Shown here one piece after another: positions 53,685 to 63,968 of a stretch of DNA of 64,000 nt. The stretch covers positions 1 through 64,000 of the forward strand of contig QPMI01000158.1 in assembly GCA_004431415.1 (NCBI GenBank). The letters are read 5' to 3'. The notes beneath the pieces are model-generated. The model had not been told where the DNA came from. It searched no databases and was given only the letters and a program-made list of their open reading frames with translations. This DNA is from Cyanophora paradoxa CCMP329. Taxonomy: Eukaryota; Plantae; Glaucophyta. Positions within the stretch are counted from its first letter, which is position 1. Each line of letters begins with the position of its first letter. Position numbers and translations under genes: made by a program.

Positions 53685-54803
53685 GTCGTACTCCTCTTCG
53701 GACTCGGCATAGGGTAGTCGTACTCCTCTTCGGACTCGGCATCGGTAGTCGCGGTCGTACTCCTCTTCGGACTCGGCATCGGAGTCTGAAGACGAGGCGG
53801 ATCCGCGGCGGCCGCCCAGCCTCGCGGCCAGGGCGAGCAGGGGCGACACGCTCGCCGTCGGGCGCTCTGACTCCTCCTCGCCGCTCGACTCCTCCTCCTC
53901 CAGCTCGATCCAGAAGACCGCTGCGGCGAAATACCAAGTCAGCCTGGCAGCGGAGGGGGGGGGGGGGGTTGGGGAGGGGGGTTGGGGGGGGGGGGGTGGA
54001 GGGGTGGGGGGGTGGGGGTGGGGGGGAGGCGGACCCGAGTAGGCGGGGCAGGAGGCGGGGATGCTGCTCCGGTTGTGGGAGGCGGATCCGGAGGCGCAGG
54101 GCGGGGGCAGGCTCAGGTCCTCCGGGAAGTGGCTGGGGCGGCTGGGCGCCGCCTCCGCCGACTTGGACTGGCTCGCCCTCCGGTTCGCGATCGACTGCGA
54201 GGGTGCCCGCGGCCGCAGCAGCGGGGCACCGACGGCGGCCGTCGGGTGCGGCACGTCGAGGGGCGTCGAGATCGCCCGGGGGGACGTCGCCGTCTGAACA
54301 TAGAAAATCAGAAAATGACGTACAACCGCGGAATGGTGTGACTGTAATTTTTCATAACCGCCCACCGTGGAATGAGAAGGCGACCGCGAGGGGGTGGCGC
54401 ATGCGCAGTCGTCGTCGACAGAGGCCGCCATCGCCGGGCAGGCGAGCTCCGCGTGGGCGACGTCCCTCAGGGTCAGCGAGCTCGGGGGCGTCTTGACGTG
54501 CGGCGCGTCGAGGCACATGTCGTGCATCCGAACGCCGCCGTCGAAATCGTATGCGTCTGCGGCGGCAATGCATATGGGGAACTTCATGGTCAGGCAGCGG
54601 TTTGGAGACAGGATATCGATCCGGAGCGGATCATTGGCCGGGCGTGGGATATTTGGCCAGAGCCTCCTGACATTTATGATAAAGCGGCTGGGCGGGAGCG
54701 CACCCGAATCACAATCAGCATACGCGTCGTCGCAGACGCGCAGGCTCTTCGGATTCAGGCGGCGGAAGTCTTCCACCGTGGGGGCGAGAGTGCGGCAGGC
54801 CAT
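53685..54803 (-). pseudogene. Orphan gene copy 2; C-terminus replaced by a triplicated 26-bp segment
   Basis: ORF 53631-54803 matches copies 1 and 3; gtcgtactcctcttcggactcggcat x3 at 53685-53779. Confidence 0.6.
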
Positions 54804-55939
54804 CTCTAGATCTCTGGTTCGGCAGTTGATTAGCGACCGCAGCTCGAAAAAGGCCGGTTGTTTTCGTGCGGAACTGGCACGAATTCGAACGCCGCGCGCG
54901 TATTGAGCTGAGGCGACTGAGCTGCAGCCTGCAGGTGTGGATGCGAGCGTACGCGTCTCGCTGCGGTTGCGAAACTTGTGATGAGCTCTGCTCTCTACTA
55001 CTAGATATCGATAGAGCGCATGCGCGCAGCGCTAGCTGATCATGAGGGGCCCTTTGCCGGGGGGCGCCCGGGGGCCCACCCGGCCCAGCCTCCGATCCGG
55101 CCACACCATTCAACGCACTGTAAGTTTGGCCGGTCGTTCTGCAAAACGCCGCCACGTGAGCAAGGCGCCGAGGGCTCCGGGATCGGACTCCTTGGAGCCT
55201 ACCCCATCGGGTGAGCTAGCCATGGGCCATTCAAAATGCAGACCATTGCTGCGCCAGAATTGGGCTGCAGAGGTACCGAGTAGGCAGCTTGCGGAGCTGC
55301 TCGATCGCGACAGCCGCGGCCCCACTCAGGGCCCACTGCCGCAGAGTCGGCGCAGACTCCCGCAGTGCCCCAGGCCCCCAGGGGCCAGGGCCCCAGCGCC
55401 AATGCTGCCCCATCATCGGCGCCGAATCGCCGCCGATTCGGCGGTGACATCGGCCCCGATGTCTTTTTTTCCGAAACCGCGCGTCCATTCGAATTCAGGT
55501 CGGACAGGTCCGACGGTCACAGCGGCGACACAGCCTCACAGCCAGCGAGTCACAGGCTCACAGGGGGCGCTCGGGCAGCTGCGCGGCGCCGGCAATGGCC
55601 CGGCATCCGCTGCGATGATCCGCCGCTTCCGAGTGCATCTTAAGCTTCTTCGAATTCTCCCGGCCCCGGGCCACGAGCCCGAGCCGCGACGAGCTCGCCG
55701 TCCGCGTGCGTGGGCCCCGCCCAGCCCTGCGCATGCCCCGCCCCGCCCCGCCCTCTGCGCGTTAGCTCGCCCGGCCCGGCCCCGGGTGGCTTGGCTCGCC
55801 CCGGCTGGCCGCGGGCCCGGCGGCCAGAGACTGCATGCGCAGGGCCCCGCTTGGCCTCTTGGACTATATATAGCTAGAGACTGCCGCAGTGCCGCGACTT
55901 CTTAGTACATTCATATGTCCTCCTCCCTAATATATCTCC

Positions 55940-57351
55940 CCCCGCTCCCTTACAATTACTCGCGTCTAGATCTGCTTCGACTCGGCGAAATTCTTAGATA
56001 AATCCCCTCCCTTCTCCGCGAGCCTATATATGCTAAAAACTAACGCGTCGGAGCACGTGCTACCCCCTCCCCCGCTCGCTCGCTCGCTTGCTCACTCTCC
56101 TCCGGCCCCGCAGGTCCGCCCGCACCGGAACCGCGTCTGGCTCGTCTCCGCCCCGCTCGCCGTCCTCCTCCAGGCGATCGCGAGCGCCCCCGCCCTCCCC
56201 CCGGCCCCGCGAATTGCAAGCAGAGCTTGCGTCTGCTTGCAATTGGAGCCCCCTAGATCCGATCCGGTGGAACCGCGCCCCCCGCCCCGCCCCGCCCCGC
56301 CCCGCCCCCGCCAAGGCTTCCCCGCTAGTTGTCCTATCGCGAGAAGCTGCAGCAGGCTCCGGCTCGAGCTCCAACGCTAGCTCCACCTTCCCTATTAAAC
56401 GCTGCAGCGGGCCGGGCTCCATCTCCAGCTCCAGCTCGCCTGCTCGTTCCGAAGTTCGCTCATGCCCGCCCGCGCCTCCTATGCGCAGTGCGCCTTCTAT
56501 AGCTACGTCGTGTCGGTCGCCGGCGCCGGGCCCCCGCCCCGGGCGCCCCCCTTCGACCCCTGGTCCTACCTCCCGGGGCCCCCCGTCACCTGGTCCGCAC
56601 GACGCCCCTACCCCCGTTTCTCTCCCCTTCTCCCTTCCTTACGTTCGGGCAGGTGGGGCGCGGCGCTGCTGATGGGCCTCGCGGCGCCGGCGGCCTTCGT
56701 CGCCCTGGACGAGCTCGCCAAGCGGCACGACCGCCGGGTCCGCTGCGCTTTCCCTGCCCCCGGCCCTAGACCCAACGTTAACCCGGACCCAGAGGCCCGG
56801 CCTCAAGCTTGAGAGAATTCTGGGCCCAATTGCAATCCTTAGCTTCGCCTGCCTGCGATCCGGGATCCGGCCTCGAAGCCTGGCCTAGCGAGAAGCCCAG
56901 ATCTAGAAGCCTAAGCCCAAGGTCTGGAGCTCAGCTAGATCTTCCTAGAACCCTAGACCGCCGGGCCCGATCTGGCTTGACCCGCGGCCGCCCAGACCCG
57001 CCCTTCCCCCCGGGATCCTCCCCCCCCGCAAGCCGTGGATCTCAGAGTCTCAGAGCTCCTCCGCCTCCCCGATTCCGATTCTTTCCGGATCTCAGAGCCC
57101 CTTCTTCCCCCCCGCCGCCCCCCCCCTCTTCCCCCCCCCCCCCCCGATTCTTTCCTCCACCCCCCAAAAAAATCCCCCTCTAGCTGGGACCGCTGGGACC
57201 GGCCGCCGGCTCAAAGCCGTAGAGCCGAGGCCGCCATCTCCCCCGGCTCACTCGCCCCCCCGGGCAGCGGCTGGACCGGAACAACCGGAAGCTCCGGCTC
57301 GAGTTCAACACGAAGCTCGGCATGCACTCGAGCTCCCCGCTCCGCGACTAG
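55940..57351 (+). pseudogene. Degenerate duplicate of the last TMEM94 exons (source ~45870-47339); homologous 3' flank continues to ~58470
   Basis: VRPHRNRVWLVSAPLAVLLQ, DPWSYLPGPPVTW, WGAALLMGLAAPAAFVALDELAKRHDR, EFNTKLGMH all duplicated. Confidence 0.85.
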
Positions 57352-58520
57352 CGCACGCGGCAGCACGCGTACGCGGCCGCTGCCGCGGGGGCCCGCCCGC
57401 CCTTGAAGCGAATGCATTAATATTGCGCCCGCTGCGACGCTTGAAGATTAACGATTGAATGCACAATCATCTCCCGAGTTGGGACTCAACTTGGGAGTGA
57501 GCTCGAGTCTATTTATGTTTTTGTGCAGTCCAATCACAATCTTGATCTCAATCTTGCGGCCACGGTGATCGAATTCGAATTTATATACAATGAATTCCGA
57601 AGTTCGAGGCCGATAATCAAATGGACCGTGCAATCAGCAACTTGGCAAGCAAATTAAAGTGCTGTGCATGCTAGGATTCATGAGATCATGATCATCCGAT
57701 GATCTGCATGATCATGATCAGGCAATTCATGATCAAGACGTGCGTTAACATAACATATCGTCATCGATCAAGAGTCGTCACGAGTCAACTCAGAGAGAGT
57801 CGAATTTCGAATTGAGGAATTGAATGATCACTTCATCATCAAGCCTGGCAAGTCACTGAGTTCGCCTATCAAGTTACATGTAGCTTAGCTAATCATGATC
57901 AAGTTATAATTATAGGTAACTTAGCGATTACATATGCCGCAGTGCATAAATGGCAATCAATGAATGCAAAGCAACTGCACATACAACTAGTACTGGCAAA
58001 GTTATTGCATCTAACTTAATCACTCATTGAATGCAAAGCAACTGCACACGAATTCGAAACTGGCAAAGTTAATGCATCTAACTTAATCACTGCACATTCA
58101 ATCAACTACCGTAGCTATGGTACTGCTTAGCTATATAGTATGGATCTGCTCGTTACACTGCAAAAACTGCATGTAGAGACACACATCGTCCGCACGGTCG
58201 ATATCCTGGCAAGCATCGCTAACTTCATGAAAACTGCATGTGTATACAAGCACGCATTTGTGCAGAGGCTAACATGGTTCACGAGAAAGTGGAACGCTCC
58301 GAGGCTCATCAGTGATCATGACACAGCTGCAGCTGCCGCAAAACGGATCGGGACCCTACGAGAGAGAGAGAGGGTGCGACAAAATTCGATCGCTGGGAGG
58401 GGGCACGCCCCCGCGCGACCGGGATAATTTAAGCGAAAGGGAAAAGTTGAAAAAGAGGTGGCGCGGACAAAAAGATAGTTGCTGGACGGCACCCTGGCGT
58501 CCATACTGCCGCAGAACGGC

Positions 58521-59220
58521 TCAGAAAAACGAGTCGAGGCTGCGGACTGCCTTCGGGCGTGGAATCGGGAGGGGCATCGAGCGGGTGAGAGAGGGCCGGA
58601 AGGAGCCGAGGAGCGGCGCCGGCGAGGCGCGCGCGCGCTCGCTCTCCGGATCCGAGCCCGAGCCGCGGCGGGCGGCGGAGGCGCTCCGCGGCTTGCAGCG
58701 GTAGTCGCGGTCGTACTCCTCTTCGGACTCGGCATCGGAGTCTGAAGACGAGGCGGATCCGCGGCGGCCGCCCAGCCTCGCGGCCAGGGCGAGCAGGGGC
58801 GACACGCTCGCCGTCGGGCGCTCTGACTCCTCCTCGCCGCTCGACTCCTCCTCCTCCAGCTCGATCCAGAAGACCGCTGCGGCGAAATACCAAGTCAGAC
58901 TGGCAGCGGAGGGGGGGGGGGGTTGGGGTTGGGGAGGGGGGTTGGGGGTGGGGGTGGAAGGGGGGGGGGGGGGGGGGGGGGGCGAAGGCGGACCCGAGTA
59001 GGCGGGGCAGGAGGCGGGGATGCTGCTCCGGTTGTGGGAGGCGGAGGCGCAGGGCGGGGGCAGGCTCAGGTCCTCCGGGAAGTGGCTGGGGCGGCTGGGC
59101 GCCGCCTCCGCCGACTTGGACTGGCTCGCCCTCCGGTTCGCGATCGACTGCGAGGGCGCCCGCGGCCGCAGCAGCGGGGCCCCGACGGCGGCCGTCGGGT
59201 GCGGCCCGTCGACGGGCGTC
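58521..59220 (-). pseudogene. Orphan gene copy 3, 5' part cut off by the AT-rich element
   Basis: Homology to copy 1 stops at ...gacgggcgtc (59220), where copy 1 continues gagatcgccc. Confidence 0.75.
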
Positions 59221-59528
59221 ACACATATACAACTCCCGGCTTTTAGACCTCGGCTTATTTAAATTGATCTTGTTAGTATATAACCTGTATTTATAATATA
59301 TCTATCGTGAATATGTGTGTATTTTATCGGTGATTTGTATTTATTTTATCGTGGGTTATAACTTCTTTTTAATAAAATATGTGAAATATGTATAGTTTAT
59401 GTGAAGTTTAGCTATATTCTCGATGAGTAGACTTATATATCTCGTGAGTTTTATTATATTAGAGGTGTGACTCAACTTAGTTTAATTATAACTTGCCTCA
59501 GTCTAAAAGCCGGGAGTTGTATATGTGT
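59221..59528. repeat. Terminal inverted repeat/hairpin: 28-bp perfect arms around an imperfect palindrome
   Basis: acacatatacaactcccggcttttagac (59221-59248) is the exact reverse complement of 59501-59528. Confidence 0.9.
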
Positions 59529-59692
59529 GTTTGTTCTGAATTTTCAATATAAAAGCGACGATCACGCGCCGTTTCATCATAAACAACTACCATGAGCTGC
59601 ATGGAACGTTCTGCATGCGGCTCTCTATAAAACAAAGTAGATCTATGATATATTATGATTGATTGTTTTGTTTTTTAATTGGTCTTATTCAG

Positions 59693-60560
59693 TGTTACAG
59701 GTGTTACAGGTTTATCCCAAAGTCCGCCAAGGAGTGGGGTCTTGGTTCCCGAGTTTGGGCAAGACCTGTAACACCTGTAACAACGTAAACAATTATCATG
59801 TGCTGTATGAAACATGTCGCGCGCATCGAGAGTGTGCGGCGCACTGTGCGGCGGACTGTGCGCAACGTAAATGTATGAGTTTCGCATCGAGATCGATCGG
59901 CTACTCATAGGAAACTACGCAATCTATCGCAACTACTCAAAGAAACTACGCAATTTAATACCGGGAACTACTGAAAAGATACCAAAACTACGCAACTACG
60001 CAACTTTCTGAAAAAGTCTGAGATTCGGGGCGGGAAAAATTTAGAAAAGTGTAAAACTTGCGTAGTTGCGTAGTTTTGGTTTCGTTTGCGTAGTTTTGGT
60101 TTCGAATTGCGTAGTTTTTCAGGGTAAGTTGAGTAGTTTCAAGTAGTTTATATATATATTATAAAGTAGTTTCTTATTAATATCAATATGATTCTATGAT
60201 ATATACCATGAGTTCACTACTGAAAAGAGCGCCGGCATGCTACAAAGGAAAGCTACGCGATCGTTTCGCACTGCAACACGACCGTTTTATAGGCTACGCA
60301 ATTGTTTCGCACCGAAATGCATGCGGGCAATCGGAGACTACGCAAAATAATTAACTACGCATGAAAACTACGCAATCTGATCGCTTTTAATACCGAAAAC
60401 TACGCATTTAATACCAAAACTACGCAACTACGCAACTTTCTGAAAAAGTTTGAGAGTAGGGGTGGAAAAAAATTAGAGAAGTGAAAAACTTGCGTAGTTG
60501 CGTAGTTTTGGTATTAAATGCGTAGTTTGCGGTATTAATTTGCGTAGTTTAACATAGGTA
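59693..60560. repeat. Three inverted iteron-like arrays (TGTTACAGG type; AACTACGC type x2)
   Basis: Perfect arms 59693-59711/59764-59782, 59981-60003/60058-60080, 60397-60435/60490-60528. Confidence 0.88.
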
Positions 60561-60954
60561 GTTGAGTAGTTTAAAGTAGTTTTTATTAATTATAAAGTAG
60601 TTTATTATTTATCTTATTGTTATCAGTCTGAGACTCTATGAAAATCGATTGACCTTAGTGTGAAACAGTGCGCCCCGCCCACTATGCAAGATACATGCCA
60701 ACAACATGCGAGTTCTATGAAAACAAAAACGATTTAGTCATGTATATATTTCGTATATATGTCTGAACCTCCGTCTAAGATATTCCGCACAACTCTGAAT
60801 TTGTTTTGTCTTTTTGTTTTTTTCGCATATGACGACATATACATATATATACCGGCGTCACCGACATATTCGGGGTCATCACATCGCGGCGATTCCGAAA
60901 ACATATAGCATGCCACAAAGTAGTATTTTATGGATTTTTCTCCATTGTAATACT

Positions 60955-61236
60955 TTGTTCGCGCATTCTGATGCGATTACAAATCGCATTCAGAAGGTAT
61001 AGCTAAAATTACTTCGTTCGCGCAATATGATGCGATTACAAATGTATTTCAGATTTTTGAGATTTCCCATTCATAAAGTGTAGGCAACTTTACTTCGTTC
61101 GCGCGTTCTGATGCGATTACAAATGTATTTCAGATTTTTGAAATTTCTTATTCATAAAGTGTAGGCAACTTAACTTCGTTCGCGCGTTCTGATGCGATTA
61201 CAAATCGGTTACAAACCGGTTACAAACCGGTTACAA
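60955..61236. repeat. 81-bp-period direct repeats followed by an 11-bp repeat x3
   Basis: ttcgcgc.ttctgatgcgattacaaat core x4 (units at 61011, 61092, 61173); ccggttacaaa x3. Confidence 0.85.
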
Positions 61237-61426
61237 TGGCTTCGACCAATCACGACTCCCCACCAAATTACTTAATTGTTTGTTATTATTTTTGACTCGG
61301 GGCTCTAACTTTTAGTCTTACTTTTAGTAAGCCTCTGACTCGGTGAGCCGCTGAGCCAATTCGGCGGTCGGCGGTAGCCTATATACTATGATACTTGCCA
61401 GTTGCATTTTTTGAGTTGCAAAGTTG

Positions 61427-61552
61427 GAGTCCCGAGTCCCGAGTCCCGAGTCCCGAGTCCCGAGTCCCGAGTCCCGAGTCCCGAGTCCCGAGTCCCGAGT
61501 CCCGAGTCCCGAGTCCCGAGTCCCGAGTCCCGAGTCCCGAGTCCCGAGTCCC
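61427..61552. repeat. (GAGTCCC)18 perfect heptamer tandem array
   Basis: 126 bp, 18 exact copies. Confidence 0.95.
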
Positions 61553-61920
61553 GACTCGATAACACAGGCGATCGCGACTTCGCGGAGACCCCCTTCCGTT
61601 TTCCCCGCATAACTTTGGACAGCAAGCCGATCTCGGCGCGCTTTCAATTGCTACGTGCTCACAACTTGCTTCCGGGCATGATGGTGCTAGTTTGACTAGC
61701 TTAGTCGCCGGGCGCGCAAAACCCCAGTTCGACTTCTACACAAGTGCCCGAAAACCGAGGTGTCCCCTACGTCGCGCGCGCCGGCGCGCGTTCCCGTAAG
61801 GCTCCACTAGTCATACTTTGCATCCGCGTGCGCATAGAGTAGTTCTACACTACTACAAAGTGGCGCGGTCTGATTCGCAAAGCGCGCGATTTGGCGGCTA
61901 CGAAAGCACCGCGGCGCCTA

Positions 61921-63354
61921 CTACTTCCGTGGTCTCAGAGTCGCTTTTCGATCGCCATTAGCTACCGGCGCTACCGTTGCTACTTTTCTACTACTTCTTA
62001 ATGTAGCTTTGGTTTCCGGCGCTTTATAGCTCTCAGTTTGATTAGAGAACGACTTATACCATCGTTGGCTATTCACGCCGCCGGATAGCTTAGGCTCCGC
62101 GGCGGTTACTAGCCGCTGTAATTCTTTATTTACGCGTTTCTCTTTTTGCACTCGATCTTCTAATAGAGAGCCTTGCGGCACAGTCGCGGCGGCTTCTATG
62201 CCCTCTCTACGCAATTGCGCGTCGACGCGCGCCTCGTCCTTTGCCGCCTCTAATGCATCTACTGTGGGCGCCATTAGGTAATCGACCGCCTGAACCGGTA
62301 AAAGCTCGTGGAAGGCAAAGCGACCCTCTACGCGATTGCCGTCCGGATCAGTTAGCATAAACTTATAGCCCTCGCGCGCGGCGACAGTATATACGATTCG
62401 GCTCCAATTGTTACCGCCCTTAGCGAATGGCGTCTTCTCGATCCGTAGCCTTACTGACATGCCCGGCTGAATCTGATCCAAATAAGCTATCGATTTCTTG
62501 AATTTCGCATCTTCTTTTTGAACTATGAGCTTATAGTGACTCTCGTTGGTCTCGGCAGGCATATAGCCGGTCGCAGAGTGCACCGTATTATTATAGTTAT
62601 ATTCCAGAGACGAAAGGACATCTATAAATCGCGCCGTATTATTCGCGATGCAGTAGCTCGTGATCAGCCGCCGCATTTGCTTGTTAAATGCTTCTATGCG
62701 CCCTTGCGCGCGATGGTCGGCTGTGTCCGCTATCTGATGCTCGATAAACTGATTCTCGAAATATTCTCTTAACAGGCTATTAGTGAATTCTGAGCCGCGG
62801 TCGCTTTGAATCTTAAAAATTGGTCTCGGCGCCTTATTTTGCAGCTGTATAAAGGCGGCTAAGGTCGACGCCGCGGACTTATCCCGCATCGGTATAATAT
62901 AGCCGACCCGCAACGTGTTCTCCATCCCAGTTAAAAACGCTTGGTAGCCGTCATTATACTTAGCATACGCCGGAAAGAATAGCAGATCAATTACGTAGGT
63001 ATCGAGAGGCTGTCGGATCGGTATAGCCGGGTCTCGTTTGCGGGATAGGTGCGGCGCATTAATCTGAACGACCTCTTGCCGGCTATACCACTCTTGCAAT
63101 TTCTTATAATTCTCGTCCGGCAGCTCTTGCCGTAGCTTAGTGATCCCTTTGAAACCGGTTTGCGGATCGTAGAATTTACGCGCGATTTTCGATTCCTCCG
63201 GGACAGCAAGGGCTACGGGCACGTCGCGGGGCACCAAAGCCTTTAAATCAGACCGCTTTACTATGCGGCTCTCTTTATTCTCTTTCGGCACGGGGATCGG
63301 CAATGTGCTCCCCTCTAAATCTTGCGATCGTCTTACTATTGGCGGTCTTGACAT
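61921..63354 (-). CDS. Retroviral-like (rve) DDE integrase of Polinton/virophage type
   Basis: FYDPQTGFKGITKL N-terminal motif; catalytic triad YVIDL / IQSDRGSEF / GRIEAFNK; YNNTVHSATGYMP; FAKGGNNWSRIVYTV. Start taken at MSRPP (ORF open to 63405). Confidence 0.92.
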   Translation of the reverse strand: MSRPPIVRRSQDLEGSTLPIPVPKENKESRIVKRSDLKALVPRDVPVALAVPEESKIARKFYDPQTGFKGITKLRQELPDENYKKLQEWYSRQEVVQINAPHLSRKRDPAIPIRQPLDTYVIDLLFFPAYAKYNDGYQAFLTGMENTLRVGYIIPMRDKSAASTLAAFIQLQNKAPRPIFKIQSDRGSEFTNSLLREYFENQFIEHQIADTADHRAQGRIEAFNKQMRRLITSYCIANNTARFIDVLSSLEYNYNNTVHSATGYMPAETNESHYKLIVQKEDAKFKKSIAYLDQIQPGMSVRLRIEKTPFAKGGNNWSRIVYTVAAREGYKFMLTDPDGNRVEGRFAFHELLPVQAVDYLMAPTVDALEAAKDEARVDAQLRREGIEAAATVPQGSLLEDRVQKEKRVNKELQRLVTAAEPKLSGGVNSQRWYKSFSNQTESYKAPETKATLRSSRKVATVAPVANGDRKATLRPRK

Positions 63355-63426
63355 CCTTGTCATCAGACAATAAAAAAGATCAATGTAACATTTTACTCGC
63401 ACCAAACAATAGAAGGTATTGTTTAT

Positions 63427-63687
63427 TTACGGTAAATTGGGACAGAATATATTGGCAACGATTCTATTAGGATTACTAACGTCAGTATACCACATTCGGC
63501 TAACGCGACTCCATTTCGCTCCATTGTCTTTTAAGAATTTACGCAAGGTGGTGCGGCGGGTAATTTGCAGTCCATGCTCTTCAAACTTCTTATGATATGT
63601 GGACAGATTGCGTTTAACATTGAAATAGATAAGCTGTATCGACTGTGGTTCGTGCTCACGCTTTATGGCTTTGATTACATCAGTCAT
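63427..63687 (-). CDS. Small basic hypothetical viral-element protein (86 aa)
   Basis: Intronless ATG ORF co-oriented with and adjacent to the integrase; contains FLKDNGAKWSRVSRMWY. Confidence 0.6.
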   Translation of the reverse strand: MTDVIKAIKREHEPQSIQLIYFNVKRNLSTYHKKFEEHGLQITRRTTLRKFLKDNGAKWSRVSRMWYTDVSNPNRIVANIFCPNLP

Positions 63688-63704
63688 CTTATATTGTGTG
63701 CATC

Positions 63705-63968
63705 TTACGAGACGCCAGAAATCCAGAACAGGTTGATATCCTCCTCGTCTTCATCATTTACTTTCTTGATGGTATACTTATAGGATATCTCATCGTTGGA
63801 TGCTCTTACATACGCAAACACATTATTTATTGATCGAATGACTATCTTGTGCGGTTCTTCAATAAAGAAACCAATAGATTGAATATCGGCTCTACGAAAG
63901 AGTGTATTTACAAAGGTAAATGGCATGCGATCAGTATCAAATGAAAAGAGGATATCAAATAGTTCCAC
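63705..63968 (-). CDS. Small hypothetical viral-element protein (~87 aa, start uncertain)
   Basis: Intronless co-oriented ORF 17 bp upstream of the previous one; GTG start in ORF track. Confidence 0.45.
   Translation of the reverse strand: MELFDILFSFDTDRMPFTFVNTLFRRADIQSIGFFIEEPHKIVIRSINNVFAYVRASNDEISYKYTIKKVNDEDEEDINLFWISGVS

Noticed and set aside
59221-59528. Stand-alone MITE
   Set aside because: No TSD is visible and host sequence does not resume after the right arm; treated as the element terminus, though not fully excluded.
60734-60916. 60-aa ORF in the element terminus
   Set aside because: Too short, isolated among repeats, no recognisable motif.
60955-61236. Possible CRISPR-like array
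   Set aside because: The intervening sequences are near-identical to each other rather than unique spacers; no cas genes; eukaryotic context.
61324-61695. ORFs with RDSGLGT / VPSPESR repeats
   Set aside because: Translations of the stop-free (GAGTCCC)n array in several frames; no coding evidence.
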